A stretch of DNA of 64,000 bases from the NCBI GenBank assembly GCA_963767925.1, contig CAVYGB010000008.1, positions 2,560,001 through 2,624,000 of the forward strand, in the 5' to 3' direction. How positions within the stretch are numbered: position 1 is the stretch's first letter; each line of letters opens with the position of its first letter. Origin of the DNA: an uncultured delta proteobacterium. GTDB lineage: Bacteria; Myxococcota_A; Polyangia; Fen-1088. This document shows, one piece after another, positions 11,422 to 21,660 of the stretch. Made by a program: the position numbers and the translations under genes. The notes under the pieces were generated by a model. The model saw only the letters and a list, made by a program, of their open reading frames with translations, was not told where the DNA came from and searched no databases.

Positions 11422-11782
11422 CGTTCTTCCTCCTCGGGAGGAGCAGAGGACTGCCCGTTTGCGCAAACGTTGCCACAGCTCGCTTTTTCTGGACAGCCGT
11501 AACAGCGCGCCCGGATACCTGACGGACACGTCGGCCAAGGTTTCCGGCCGGGTGCTCGGTTTTGAGGTCTGGTCCGAGCGGAATGGTCGCCTCCGACGCT
11601 GCGAGCCCTGGCCGGCGGTCCGCCGGCCCCGAACCCCCTGACGGGCACCGGACGGGAGCGCGCGGCGTACCAGTCGGTGCTCCGCGCCGAGATCCTCACC
11701 TGGCTCCCGCGCGTCCAGGGGCGTTTGCCCATTCCTATCGCCTCGGGGCAGGCGTAACTTGGAGCGGGTGGGAGGCGGTTTC

Positions 11783-12286
11783 ATGAGCCAGTGGATTGCA
11801 CGCGGGGCGCTCGCGCTGGGGCTGGTGGCCGTCTGGCCCACCGTTCATCTGCAGGCCGGGAACCCCCACGTCTTCCGGTTCGAGGCGGAGTGGCAGAGCA
11901 ACGCCGACGGCGGCGACTGCGACAGCCCGGCCTCGGTGCTGTCGCTGGTCTCCTCGCAGGCGGACGTCGACGTGGTGGTGTTCGTCCACCAGATCAACCT
12001 CGACCCCTGCAACCCGACCTCCCCGCTGCAGACGGCGCAGGGCACCGGCCAGGTCGAGATCCGCGGCAACCAGGCGCACCTGTTCGTCGAGGGGACCCTC
12101 GCCGTCGGCGACGACGGCGAGGTGAACATCGACCTGAAGCTGCGCAAGACCGGCAACCTCCCCGATCCGCTCCCGGGTGAGAAGCTGTGGAGCGCCAGGG
12201 CCGAGGGCGAGGTCGTCCTCGACGGGACCAACCTGACCGGCGGCCGGCCGAGCACCCGCGCCCAGATCAGCCGCAGCAAGCTCTGA
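11783..12286 (+). CDS. Secreted hypothetical beta-rich protein
   Basis: Signal-peptide-like N-terminus, GGAGG RBS, coding-like codon usage. Confidence 0.7.
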   Translation: MSQWIARGALALGLVAVWPTVHLQAGNPHVFRFEAEWQSNADGGDCDSPASVLSLVSSQADVDVVVFVHQINLDPCNPTSPLQTAQGTGQVEIRGNQAHLFVEGTLAVGDDGEVNIDLKLRKTGNLPDPLPGEKLWSARAEGEVVLDGTNLTGGRPSTRAQISRSKL

Positions 12287-12498
12287 CCGCCTTGGACGCC
12301 GCCGCCCGCGGCCGCCAGACCTGGCCGGGTGCCCGGCCGCGCAGGGCAGCGGAAACCCGGCCGGTCCTCGGCTGTCTCTCCTGGGAGGGGAATGCGGTTC
12401 ACTTCGCCTGCGGGCGACATGCGTGAGGGAATGGCTGGCGCGGGGGGGACCAAGCCGATCGTGCAAGCCGCTTCCGGGAGGTCCCCCTGAAAACGCGG

Positions 12499-13062
12499 GT
12501 GCTCGCGCCGGCGGCCACGCTGCTGATGGTGCTGGCCTCCCTGCTCCCGTCCGACACGCGGGGCCCGTCCGGGCAGGGACCGGAACGCGATCTGGCTCCG
12601 CGGTCCCCCGGACGACCGATGCTGGCCTGGCTGTTCGAGCGCGGCACCGCCCTGGGGGACTCCGAGGAACGGGTCCTCATCGACCTGAGCGGACACGGGG
12701 TCGGAGAGGATCGCGTCGGCGGGCTGTCGATCGTCGCCGATCGAGCGGTCGTCCAGGGGGGGCTCGACGAGGTGATCGTCCGGCGCGTCGTCCGCCGCCG
12801 CCGCAACGATCTCCAGTATTGCTACGAGCAGGCGCTGGCGGGCGCGCCCGGCCTGAGCGGGCGCCTGGCGGTGCGTTTCACCATCGCGGCCAGCGGGGAG
12901 GTGACGAGCGCGGTGGTGGAGAGCCGCAGCCTCGACAGCCCCGGCCTCGAGCGCTGCGCGCTGCAGGCGATCCGGCGCTGGGTTTTTCCGCAGCCGGCCG
13001 GCGGGGGAGTCGTCGTGGCCACCTACCCCTTCACCTTCGGTCCGCCGGGCCAGCTCCGCTGA
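12499..13062 (+). CDS. AgmX/PglI C-terminal (TonB-C-like) domain protein
   Basis: GGLDEVIVRRVVRR..LQYCYEQAL..LSGRLAVRFTI..G.V..LERC..IRRWVFPQP.GG..TYPFTF. Start uncertain. Confidence 0.8.
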   Translation: MLAPAATLLMVLASLLPSDTRGPSGQGPERDLAPRSPGRPMLAWLFERGTALGDSEERVLIDLSGHGVGEDRVGGLSIVADRAVVQGGLDEVIVRRVVRRRRNDLQYCYEQALAGAPGLSGRLAVRFTIAASGEVTSAVVESRSLDSPGLERCALQAIRRWVFPQPAGGGVVVATYPFTFGPPGQLR

Positions 13063-13074
13063 GGCTCCGGGCGG

Positions 13075-14502
13075 TCAGCGGGTCGGCGTGTGAGCGGGCC
13101 GGGGGGCGGGCGGTGGGGCTGCCAGGGCAGGACCGGGCAGCCGCTCGGGGGCATCGGCCAGGGCCCAGGTGAGGGCGGCGAAGGCGGCTGTGGCCAGCGC
13201 GATCTCCTGGGGATCGATCTTGTCGACGGTGTCCCCCTGGGTGTGGTGCCAGTCGAAGTAGGCGCTCTGATCCTGGGCCACCGCCAGACCAGGCACGCCC
13301 CGCTCGACCAGCGGGGTCACGTCGGTGCCGACCCGGGGCGAGCTGCGCACGTCGATCGGCACCAGGTGCCCGAGCGGCTGCATCCACCGGCGCACGGCGG
13401 CCAGGGCGGGCTCGGCGGCGGCGACGTGGTAGCCGGTGGGCCGGCCCGCGCCCGCGTCCGCCTCCATCGCCGCCACGTGGCGGGAGATCTCGCTGGCGTG
13501 GGCCTCGGCGTAGCCCCGGGCGCCCGCGATCCCGATCTCCTCGTTGGTGAACAGCACCACCCGCACCGTGCGGCGCGGGCGCAGCCCCAGGGCGATCATC
13601 AGCCGGGCGCTGTCCATGGCGATGCCACACCCGGCGGCGTCGTCGAGCGCGCCGGTGCCCACGTCCCACGAATCGAGGTGGCAGCCGATCAGCACGATCT
13701 CGTCGGGCTTGCCCCGCCCCCGGACCTCGCCGACGACGTTCCAGCCGACGGCGTCGGCCCCCGCCCGCGCGGTCAGGCGCAGCCGCAGCCTCACCGGCCC
13801 CGCCTCCAGCAGGCGGTGGATGAGGTCGGCGTCCTCGGCGGCCAGGGCCGCGGTCGGGATGCGCGCGACCCCCTCCTCGTAGCGCATGGCCCCGGTGTGG
13901 GCCAGGCGGTGGTACCCTGTGCCCGCCGAGCGCACCAGCGCCGCCCGGGCCCCCAGCCGGGCCGCCTCGCTGGCCGCCCGCGCCCGCACCGTCGAGACGG
14001 CCACGTAGCCCGTGAAGTCCGGCGTGCGGACCATCGGCTGGTTGACGAGCACGATCTTGCCGGCGGCGCGCGCCCCGAGCTGGCGCAGGCTGTCGAGCGA
14101 ATCGACCTCCACCACCTCGGCTTCGAGGCCCTCCGGCCCGGTCCCCACGCTGCCGCCGAGGGTGGAGATCACGAGGGGCTGGCTGGTGGGAGCGATCACC
14201 GACGCCGACTCTTCCCCCCGGATCCAGGTGCGCACCGGGACGGCCTCGCGGTGGACCTTCTCGAGCCCGAGCCCGCGCAGGGTCTTCTCCGCCCAGGTGG
14301 TGGCCTTCTCCAGCGCGGGCGATCCGGTGGGCCGGGCCCCCACGCCGTCGGCCAGATCCCGGGCGAGCCGGTGGGCGCCGCCACCCGCCAGGGCGGCCCC
14401 CGCGATGCGGACCAGCGGCGTCTCCTCGGCCATCGCCGGTCCCGCTCCGGTTGCGCTGGCCAGCCCGGCCAGCGCGACAAACAACGACAATGGCCTGCGC
14501 AT
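13075..14502 (-). CDS. M28 family metallopeptidase (carboxypeptidase Q-like)
   Basis: LADGVGARPTGS, GCHLDSWDVGTGALDD, FTNEEIG, YFDWHHTQGDTVDK. Confidence 0.9.
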   Translation of the reverse strand: MRRPLSLFVALAGLASATGAGPAMAEETPLVRIAGAALAGGGAHRLARDLADGVGARPTGSPALEKATTWAEKTLRGLGLEKVHREAVPVRTWIRGEESASVIAPTSQPLVISTLGGSVGTGPEGLEAEVVEVDSLDSLRQLGARAAGKIVLVNQPMVRTPDFTGYVAVSTVRARAASEAARLGARAALVRSAGTGYHRLAHTGAMRYEEGVARIPTAALAAEDADLIHRLLEAGPVRLRLRLTARAGADAVGWNVVGEVRGRGKPDEIVLIGCHLDSWDVGTGALDDAAGCGIAMDSARLMIALGLRPRRTVRVVLFTNEEIGIAGARGYAEAHASEISRHVAAMEADAGAGRPTGYHVAAAEPALAAVRRWMQPLGHLVPIDVRSSPRVGTDVTPLVERGVPGLAVAQDQSAYFDWHHTQGDTVDKIDPQEIALATAAFAALTWALADAPERLPGPALAAPPPAPRPAHTPTR

Positions 14503-14629
14503 GGCCGCGCATTGTAGCGGACCGGGGCCGGGCCGCGGAACTCGACATTGCCCGGCCGGCCCGCCATGCTGGAGCGGCTGGAGCGAGCAGATGGAACGAA
14601 CCACCGCCCATCCGGGAGGGCGCTAGCCG

Positions 14630-16930
14630 GTGCCGCTGCTGCCGGTGCTGCTCGCCGCCTTGCCGCTCGCCGCGGCCGCTCCCCTGGGCAACCTGACCCG
14701 GGGTCACCAGGCCTACGCGGCGGGTGACTACGACCGGGCGGCGCGCACCCTGGGGGGCCTGTACCGCCGCCTGCCGCGCGTGCGCGACTACGCCCTCTAC
14801 CTGCAGGCCGAGAGCGAGTTCTTCGCCGGCCGCATCGCCAGCGCCCGGGTGCTGTTCATCGAGCTGCAGGGCGAGGCGGATTCGCGCTTCGCCGAGATCG
14901 CCCCCTGGCGCGTGGCCGACTGCCTGTGGGCGGAGGGACGCAAGAGCGAGGCGGCGGCCGCTTACCGGCGGCTCCTGAGCAAGCCGCCGGCGGGCGTGGA
15001 TCCGGTGGTGGCCCGCTTCCGGCTGGCCGAGCTGGAGGCGCCTTCGGTGGCGGCGCCCCTGTTCCGGCAGATCCACGCCGAGCACCCGGCCCATCCCCTG
15101 GCCGCCGAGGCGGTCCGCCGGGTCGAGCCGGCGGCGGCCGAGGAGGAGGCCGGGTCGGACCCTCGCACGCGCCTGCGCCGGGCGGCGCGCCTGGTGGAGG
15201 GCCGGCGCTTCGAGGACGCGGTCGCCGAGCTGGAGACGTTGCCCGCCGAGCTGCCCGCCGGCCTGCGCGAGGAGCGGGACTTCGAGCTCGGCATGGCGAA
15301 GTTCCGCACCCGCCACGCCTACGCGGAGGCGGCGGCCCTGCTGGGCGCGGTGGCGCCCAGGCTGCAGGGGGAGAAGGCGCCCTTCGCCGCCTTTCACGCG
15401 GCCCGGGCCCTGCTGCGGGCGGGGCGCACCGACGAGGCCATCGTCGGGGCCCGCCAGGTCGTCGAGCGTTATCCCAGCTCGCGCTGGGCGGCGGAGGCCC
15501 AGTTCCTGGTGGGCTGGCTCGAGTTCAACCGGGGCGAATACGCGCGGGCCCTGCCCGGCTTGCAGACGACGATCGAGCGCCACCGGCGCACGACCTTCGG
15601 CGAAAACGCGACCTGGTACCTCGCCCTGGCCCACCACTTCCTGGGGCAGCCCGACCCGGCCCTAACCGCGCTGGCCGAATACGCCCGCCTGGCGACCGCC
15701 GACCCCGAGGCGGGGCGGCGGGTGGCCTTCTGGCGGGGCCGCTTCCTGGTGGCGAAGGGCAGCGTCGACGAGGGGCTGGGGCTGTGGCGCGCCCTGGTCA
15801 AGGAGCAGCCCTTCAGCTACTACGGCCTGCTGGCCGCCGCGCGCCTGCGCGACCGCCGGGAGAAGGTGGGCCTCGACCTGCCACGCACCGACTTCAAGCT
15901 CGCCCCGATCGGACGCAAGACGCCCTCCGACCCGGCCCTGCTGCGAGCCGACGAGCTGGCCAAGGCCGGCCTGCTCCCGGAGGCGGCCCACGAGCTGCTC
16001 CGGGCCGAGGGCGGGCTCGAGCAGCGGCTGGGCAAGGAGCAGGCGCTTACCGTCCTGCTCGAGCGGTATCCCCGCTACGAGGGCTTCCGGCGCGCCTTCC
16101 AGCTCGCCGATGCCCGCGGCGCGACGGCCCTCAAGTCCCTCCCCTCGGGGGGCGCTCGCGCGATCTGGGAGGCGGCTTACCCCCGGGCCTACCGCGCGCT
16201 GGCCGAGAAGGAGGGGAAGAAGGCCCGGGTCCCCTCCCTCTTCATCTATTCCATCATGCACAAGGAGTCGGGCTTCGGGCCCACGCTGGCCTCGCGGGTC
16301 GACGCCCGCGGCCTGATGCAGCTCATGCCCACCCTGGGCCAGGAGATGTCGGATCGACTGGGCATCCCCTTTCTGCCCGAGGACCTCTTCCGCCCGGAGA
16401 CGAACATCCGCCTGGGGACCCGCCGCCTCGGTGAGCTGAGCCAGATGTTCGCAGACCAGCTCTTCCTGGTGGCCGGGGCCTACAACGGCGGCAACGTCGC
16501 CGTCGAGCGCTGGCTGGAGAAACATGGGGATCGCCCCCTCGACGAGTTCCTCGAGCTGGTGGGCTTCCGCGAGTCGCGCGAATACATGAAGCGGGTCACC
16601 GGCATCCACGCCCGCTACGTCTACCTGTACAGCGGCAAGGTGCCCGAGCTGTCGCTGGCGATAAAGCCGGCCCGCAAGCCGGCGGCGCAAGAGAAGGAAG
16701 AGAAAGAAGAGAGGAAGGCCAAGAGCGAGAAGAAGAGCGAGAAGAAGAGCGAGAAGAAGAACGTGAAGACGGCGACGGCCAAGGGGAAGAAAGAAGCCGA
16801 CCGGGCGACGAAGAAGGGGAGCGTCCGCCCGGCGGAGCGCAAGAAGGCGGCGCCCGCACCGAGCCGCAAGCAGGCCGCCGAATCCGCCGTCGAGCAGGCC
16901 ACGCCCACCGAAGCCCCCGAAGATTTGTGA
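14630..16930 (+). CDS. Soluble lytic transglycosylase (Slt70-like, TPR plus SLT domain) with Lys-rich tail
   Basis: SIMHKESGF, ARGLMQLMP, NIRLG, AYNGG, ESREYMKRV; N-terminal helical repeats. Confidence 0.9.
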   Translation: MPLLPVLLAALPLAAAAPLGNLTRGHQAYAAGDYDRAARTLGGLYRRLPRVRDYALYLQAESEFFAGRIASARVLFIELQGEADSRFAEIAPWRVADCLWAEGRKSEAAAAYRRLLSKPPAGVDPVVARFRLAELEAPSVAAPLFRQIHAEHPAHPLAAEAVRRVEPAAAEEEAGSDPRTRLRRAARLVEGRRFEDAVAELETLPAELPAGLREERDFELGMAKFRTRHAYAEAAALLGAVAPRLQGEKAPFAAFHAARALLRAGRTDEAIVGARQVVERYPSSRWAAEAQFLVGWLEFNRGEYARALPGLQTTIERHRRTTFGENATWYLALAHHFLGQPDPALTALAEYARLATADPEAGRRVAFWRGRFLVAKGSVDEGLGLWRALVKEQPFSYYGLLAAARLRDRREKVGLDLPRTDFKLAPIGRKTPSDPALLRADELAKAGLLPEAAHELLRAEGGLEQRLGKEQALTVLLERYPRYEGFRRAFQLADARGATALKSLPSGGARAIWEAAYPRAYRALAEKEGKKARVPSLFIYSIMHKESGFGPTLASRVDARGLMQLMPTLGQEMSDRLGIPFLPEDLFRPETNIRLGTRRLGELSQMFADQLFLVAGAYNGGNVAVERWLEKHGDRPLDEFLELVGFRESREYMKRVTGIHARYVYLYSGKVPELSLAIKPARKPAAQEKEEKEERKAKSEKKSEKKSEKKNVKTATAKGKKEADRATKKGSVRPAERKKAAPAPSRKQAAESAVEQATPTEAPEDL
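16721..16756 (+). repeat. 12-bp coding tandem repeat x3 (KSEK)
   Basis: AAGAGCGAGAAG three times. Confidence 0.85.
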
Positions 16931-19554
16931 GACGACCGGTGACCGCTCGCCGGCCCGCGCAGACGTTGCTGGCGCTCGTCGGTCCGGCGCTGCGGCTGGC
17001 GGCCGCCGGGCTCGCGCTGGTCGCGGCCACGCCGGCCCGGGGGCAGCCGCCGGCCACGGCGGGTCCTGCACTGGCGGTCGACCAGCCGGTCATCGTGGGG
17101 GCGGTCGGCGATCAGACGGCGCCGGCCGCGGCCCATGCCGGCGGCGGAGTCTTCCTCGTTGTGTGGCACACGAGCCTCTGGGAGGGCGAGGTGCGCGCGG
17201 CCCGGGTGACGGCCGCCGGCCAGACCTGGGAGCCTCGCGGCCTGCGCCTGCCGGGGCTGGAGGGGAGCGAGACGCGGCTGGCGGTGGCCGCGGGCGGCGG
17301 GAGCGCCCTCGTGCTGAGCGCCACCGAGGGGGTGCTCGAGGCGGCTCCCCTCGGCATCGCAGCGGACGGACCGCTGCAGCCGGGGACGCCCGCGGTGATC
17401 GCGGCGCCGGCCGGTGGGGACGCGGGGCGGCCGGCGATGGCCTGGAACGGATCGACCTTCTGGGTGGCCTGGTCGAGCGGCGCGGGGATCCAGGCGCTGC
17501 GGATCGACGCCCGGGGGCAGCCCCTCGAGGCGGTCCCGCTCACCCTGTCGGCCACTCCGGGACACCCCGCGCTGGCCTGGGCCGGGGATGACACCCTCGC
17601 CGCCTGGTCGACCGCCGTGGGAGGGCAGGTGCTGCTGCGGGCGATCCGGCTCGACAGCGAGGGCCGTCGGGTCGACGGGGAGGCGATCGAGCTGGGGGCG
17701 CTCGCCGGCAGCGGCGCGGGCCCCACCGCCGCCGCGGCCACCGGCGACATGTTCCTGGTTGCCGCGGCGGCCGAGGGCCCGGCCGGCGGCGCCATCGGCG
17801 CGGTCCGCCTCTCGCCCGCAGGGCGCGCCCTCGATCCCGCGCCACTCGCCCTGGCGGCGCTGCCCGGGCGGGTGGCGGGCGGCCCGACGGCGATCTGGAA
17901 CGGAACCCGCTTCGTCGTCCTGTGGGGCGAGCCGACCGGGCCCCCCGGGGCAGGCGCCCGGGCCGTGTCGCCCGAGGGCCGGCTCGTCGGGCCCGATGGG
18001 GCGGTCGGCGCGCTGGGGCTGCCCGGCCTCGGCGCGGCTGGCGAGCAACCGGTTGTGGTGGCCGGCGGCGGGCAGGCGCTGGCGATCCTGGCCCGGCCGC
18101 TGGCGGGCGCCGGCGACCTCGACATCCGGGCGGTCGGGCTCGACGACAGCGGCGCGGCGGCCGGCCCCGACTTCCTCGTGTCGGGTGGCTGGAACAAGCA
18201 GGGCAATCCGGCGCTGGCGGTCGCGGGGGCCAGCCGGCGGCGCCTGCTGCTGGCCTGGGAAGACGGCCGCGCCGACCGGCTGAACCGGGACATCCACGCG
18301 GCGCTGCTCGACGACGCGGGGACGCCGGTCGCGGGGGCCAGCCTGGCGCTGGCCAGCGGCCCCGCCGCCCAGCGCGCGCCCGCGGTGGCCTGGGACGGCC
18401 GCGCCTTCCAGGCGGTCTGGCACGAGCCGGGCCGGGGCCTGCTCGCGACCCGCGTGTCGGCCGATGGGAAGGTCCTGGACCGGCCCGCGCTGCCGGTGCC
18501 GGGAACCGCCGGCCGCCAGGTGCTCTCCGATCCCGCGCTGTGCGGCGACGACGCCGGCGCGCTGCTGATCTGGAGCGCCCGCCGCGACCCGACCCCCGGC
18601 GCGGTGGCCGACAGCGAGCTGCGGGCGATGTCCCTCGCGCCCGGGGGCAACGTCCGCGACGGGCGGAGTGTTCCCCTGCGCACCGCCCACGACGTCTCGT
18701 CGCCCCCCAGTCTCCGCCTGGCCTGCGCGGCCGGCGGCGCGCTGCTGGTCTGGAGCGGCCTTTACGAGATGGACCGCTCCGACGCCCCGGACTTGCAGAT
18801 GATGGCCGTCCGGCGCCACGGCGAGGGCCCACCCGCCGCCGTCACCGTGCTCGAGCACGGCACCGCCGACGAGGGGCCGGCGCTGGCCAGCGACGGGGAC
18901 GGCTTCCTGGTGGCCTGGCGCCCGCGCCAGGAGAACGGCGCCCGGGTGGCCATCCGGGGCATCCGGGTCGACGCCAGCGGCGCCGCGCTCGATCGTCCGG
19001 CGCGCGAGCTCGGCGCGCTCAACGCCGGCCACCGGGTCAGCGCCCACTGGGACGGGAGCCAGTACGTGCTGGTCGGCATCCAGACGGTGGCGGCTGGCGC
19101 CTTCGAGCTGCGCGGGCGCCGGCTGCGCGCCGACCTCGGCGCCCTGGATCCCGACTGGTTCGCCATCGACGGCGTCTCGAGCGCGCGGGGGACCGGCACG
19201 TTGCCCGTGGTGGCGGCGCTGGGCCCCGCCGCCGCCCTCGTCGCCTACGAGACCTTCCCCGACGACGACGCCACCTCCAACCAGCGGCTGCAGCTCCGTT
19301 CGCTCGCCACCCCGCCGCTCGACCCGATGGCGGTCGTCCCGCCGGCGGGTGCCGGTCCGGTCCCCGCGGGCGCCCGCGGCGGGTGCGCCTGCGCGCTCGC
19401 GGATCCCGCGCCCGCTCCGCCCGCGCTCGCCCTGCTGCTCGCGGCCGCCGCCTTACGGCTCAGCGCGCGCGCCGGTACCGGAAGGTCTCGGAGAAGCGCT
19501 CCATCCGGGCCCGCTCGCAAAACCCCACCACGTCGGACATCGAGAACAGGTTGA
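16927..19554 (+). CDS. Secreted repeat protein (beta-propeller-like) with MYXO-CTERM-like tail
   Basis: Recurring P-A-[VLM]-A-W-x-G..F-x-V-x-W and R-[IV]-D/S-A-x-G motifs; GGCAC followed by a hydrophobic and an Arg-rich tail; GTGA overlap with the upstream stop. Confidence 0.7.
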   Translation: MRRPVTARRPAQTLLALVGPALRLAAAGLALVAATPARGQPPATAGPALAVDQPVIVGAVGDQTAPAAAHAGGGVFLVVWHTSLWEGEVRAARVTAAGQTWEPRGLRLPGLEGSETRLAVAAGGGSALVLSATEGVLEAAPLGIAADGPLQPGTPAVIAAPAGGDAGRPAMAWNGSTFWVAWSSGAGIQALRIDARGQPLEAVPLTLSATPGHPALAWAGDDTLAAWSTAVGGQVLLRAIRLDSEGRRVDGEAIELGALAGSGAGPTAAAATGDMFLVAAAAEGPAGGAIGAVRLSPAGRALDPAPLALAALPGRVAGGPTAIWNGTRFVVLWGEPTGPPGAGARAVSPEGRLVGPDGAVGALGLPGLGAAGEQPVVVAGGGQALAILARPLAGAGDLDIRAVGLDDSGAAAGPDFLVSGGWNKQGNPALAVAGASRRRLLLAWEDGRADRLNRDIHAALLDDAGTPVAGASLALASGPAAQRAPAVAWDGRAFQAVWHEPGRGLLATRVSADGKVLDRPALPVPGTAGRQVLSDPALCGDDAGALLIWSARRDPTPGAVADSELRAMSLAPGGNVRDGRSVPLRTAHDVSSPPSLRLACAAGGALLVWSGLYEMDRSDAPDLQMMAVRRHGEGPPAAVTVLEHGTADEGPALASDGDGFLVAWRPRQENGARVAIRGIRVDASGAALDRPARELGALNAGHRVSAHWDGSQYVLVGIQTVAAGAFELRGRRLRADLGALDPDWFAIDGVSSARGTGTLPVVAALGPAAALVAYETFPDDDATSNQRLQLRSLATPPLDPMAVVPPAGAGPVPAGARGGCACALADPAPAPPALALLLAAAALRLSARAGTGRSRRSAPSGPARKTPPRRTSRTG

Positions 19555-19685
19555 CGCTCACGACGGCGCCCGGGCAGCGGCGCGCCGGCGGGGGCTGTGC
19601 GCGAGGTCGACCCGAGCGGGCGCTTTCCGCCGGTCGCCGGAAAAACGCGGTGACCGTCGGGGCCGCCGCGGACAAAAGTGTCTCG

Positions 19686-19958
19686 ATGCGTACGGCCTCC
19701 CGTTTCCTCTTCCCGCTCCTCTTCCTCCTCTCCGGCGCGCTCGGCGCGTACGCGTGTGATCCGGAGGGCTGCTTCAGCCCCAGCCAGAACCTGGACCGGG
19801 CCTACGACGACGGGGCGGTGGGGTGCTCGTGCGGCGGCGGCGACGACGTGTGCGCCAGGGACAGCGAAGGGCGATCCGTCGCCCTGGTCTGCGAGTCCGG
19901 AAACTGGATCGCGGCGGAGGACGGGCCCTGCACGCCCATCCCGCCACCGCGCCCGTGA
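19686..19958 (+). CDS. Small Cys-rich secreted protein/lipoprotein
   Basis: MRTASRFLFPLLFLLSGALGAYAC signal followed by a Cys-rich mature part. Confidence 0.7.
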   Translation: MRTASRFLFPLLFLLSGALGAYACDPEGCFSPSQNLDRAYDDGAVGCSCGGGDDVCARDSEGRSVALVCESGNWIAAEDGPCTPIPPPRP

Positions 19959-19991
19959 CGACTCGCCCTCCGCTCGCGATTCGCCGCGGAG

Positions 19992-20468
19992 CTACTCCGA
20001 CGGCGCGCCGGAGCTGACCCAGGCCGCGATGGTGGCGACCTCCTCGGGGGTCAGGCAGCGCTGCGCGCCGGTGCCGTTGCAGCCGAGCGGCATCTTGGCC
20101 CCGCAGGGGTACGGGCCGTCGGGCTGGATCTTCTGGAGGATGAGGCTCTCGGCGGCGTTGCCGGCGACCATCCGCGGTCGCCCGGCGCAGGGCCCGTTCG
20201 CCAGGGTCATCCCGCGCAGGCGGGTGAACTGGGAGGTGGCGGTGGCGTAGGAGCCGGGCCCGGGGTTGCCGTGGCACTCCATGCGGGCGCAGCCCATCGT
20301 CAGGATGGCGGCCACGTTGGCCGGGACGCGGCCCGTCCCGGCGGCAGCATCAGCCGCCGTTGCGACCCCGCCGCCGTCCCTCGGTGATTCGGTCGTGGGG
20401 TCCGCACACCCCATCCACGCCGCCCCCGACATCGACAGCAGGACCAGTCCCGTGAGGTAGGTCTTCAT
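19992..20468 (-). CDS. Cytochrome c-like lipoprotein (planctomycete cytochrome C-like), CX4CH motif
   Basis: WMGC lipobox; CARMECH; GNAAESLILQKI..KMP..IAAWVSSGA; AAGGAG RBS. Confidence 0.7.
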   Translation of the reverse strand: MKTYLTGLVLLSMSGAAWMGCADPTTESPRDGGGVATAADAAAGTGRVPANVAAILTMGCARMECHGNPGPGSYATATSQFTRLRGMTLANGPCAGRPRMVAGNAAESLILQKIQPDGPYPCGAKMPLGCNGTGAQRCLTPEEVATIAAWVSSGAPSE

Positions 20469-20652
20469 CTGATTCTCCTTCTCGTGGTGCAAGAGCCCCC
20501 GCAGAAAAAATCCGCGGAGTATCTGGGGAAGAGCGCACCTTAATCGGGAGCCCCCGCCTGGAAAAGCACGGAGTGCCAGATCGGCATTCGAAGCGCTGCA
20601 ACCGCCGGGGAGAGGAAGACCCCCTGCTTGCCTCGAGGGGCGCGGGGCTGGG

Positions 20653-21660
20653 TCAGGGTTTGGAGGGCATTCCCTCGGGGCAGGGGATGGGTTTGTCGCC
20701 GACGGCGACATCGTCTATCCAGAGCTCGACCGGCTGCGCGCTGTGGTACGACTCCCAGCCGATGTGGAGGGTGTCGACCGCCATGGGCGCCCGCCAGCAC
20801 TGGCCGGCCGGAGCCACCGGGATGTCGTCGGCGGAGATGCCGTCCACCCACTCGTGGATGTCGTTCTTCGCCCCGTCGAAGCGCCACTGGTAACAGGTCC
20901 AGCGCTTCTCCGGGAACGGGACCGCCGAATATTTGGTGCAGTCGCCGGGCTCGTAGTTGATGACGACCTTGCCGTTCTCGCCGCCGGTGTTCAGCTGGGC
21001 GCGACCGCCGCCCTGGAGGGCCCCGCCACCTCGCACGATCTCGAAGTGCGAGTCGGTGCCCGAGGGGCTCTTGGTCAGGTAATACATCAAGCGCCCGTGG
21101 ACGACGTTCCCCGCGATCGGCAACACGGGCTGGCGCAGCTCGATGAACATCCTCGCGGGCGCGCCCTGGTGGGTGAACCGGACGGCGCGGGCGCCGCTGA
21201 AGGCCCGGGTCTCGTCGACGGCCAGCGCGCCCCGGGTGAGCGCGGTCCTCCAGCCGGCCCCGGGCGGTCCGCCCGCGGCGAAGCTCTCGAAGTCGTCGCA
21301 GAACTTGCCCGCACAGCCGGCGGGCGCGGCGGGCGCCGCATCGGCCGCGGCGGCGTCGCGGCGGCCGTCGATCGCCGGCCGCCCGGCGTCCGCGGGCGCC
21401 GGGCTGGATCCGCCGCGCCCACCGCTGCCGGCCGTCCCCGAGCCACCCGTGCCGGCGCTTCCGGTCGGTGAGCCGCCCGTGCCGGCGCTTCCCGTTGGCG
21501 AGCCGCCCGTGCCGGCGTTGCCGGTCTGCGAGCCCCCGGCGCCCGCGGCGCTGCCGCCGGCCCCACCCGCCCCGGGCGGAGGCGCCGGCTCGGACGGGCC
21601 GTTCGAGCTACAGGCGGAGGCCAGGGCAATCAGGAGGACGGAGCGGGCGCGGAAATCCAT
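20653..21660 (-). CDS. Lipoprotein with Cip1-like/polysaccharide-lyase-like beta-sandwich
   Basis: LASAC lipobox, Gly linker, FCDDFES..VDETRAFSG..WTCYQWRFDG..LHIGWESY..LWIDDVAV. Confidence 0.65.
   Translation of the reverse strand: MDFRARSVLLIALASACSSNGPSEPAPPPGAGGAGGSAAGAGGSQTGNAGTGGSPTGSAGTGGSPTGSAGTGGSGTAGSGGRGGSSPAPADAGRPAIDGRRDAAAADAAPAAPAGCAGKFCDDFESFAAGGPPGAGWRTALTRGALAVDETRAFSGARAVRFTHQGAPARMFIELRQPVLPIAGNVVHGRLMYYLTKSPSGTDSHFEIVRGGGALQGGGRAQLNTGGENGKVVINYEPGDCTKYSAVPFPEKRWTCYQWRFDGAKNDIHEWVDGISADDIPVAPAGQCWRAPMAVDTLHIGWESYHSAQPVELWIDDVAVGDKPIPCPEGMPSKP
21440..21529. repeat. 30-bp coding tandem repeat x3 (AGTGGSPTGS-type linker)
   Basis: GAGCC[AG]CCCGTGCCGGCG.. repeated with a 30-bp period. 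Confidence 0.8.

Noticed and set aside
11460..11478. Sigma-54 promoter on the minus strand before the second TonB receptor
   Set aside because: TGGCAACGTTTGCGC has TTGC at the wrong spacing; weak match.
19460..19675. 71-aa minus-strand ORF
   Set aside because: Overlaps the 3' end of the repeat-protein gene; no RBS or motif support.
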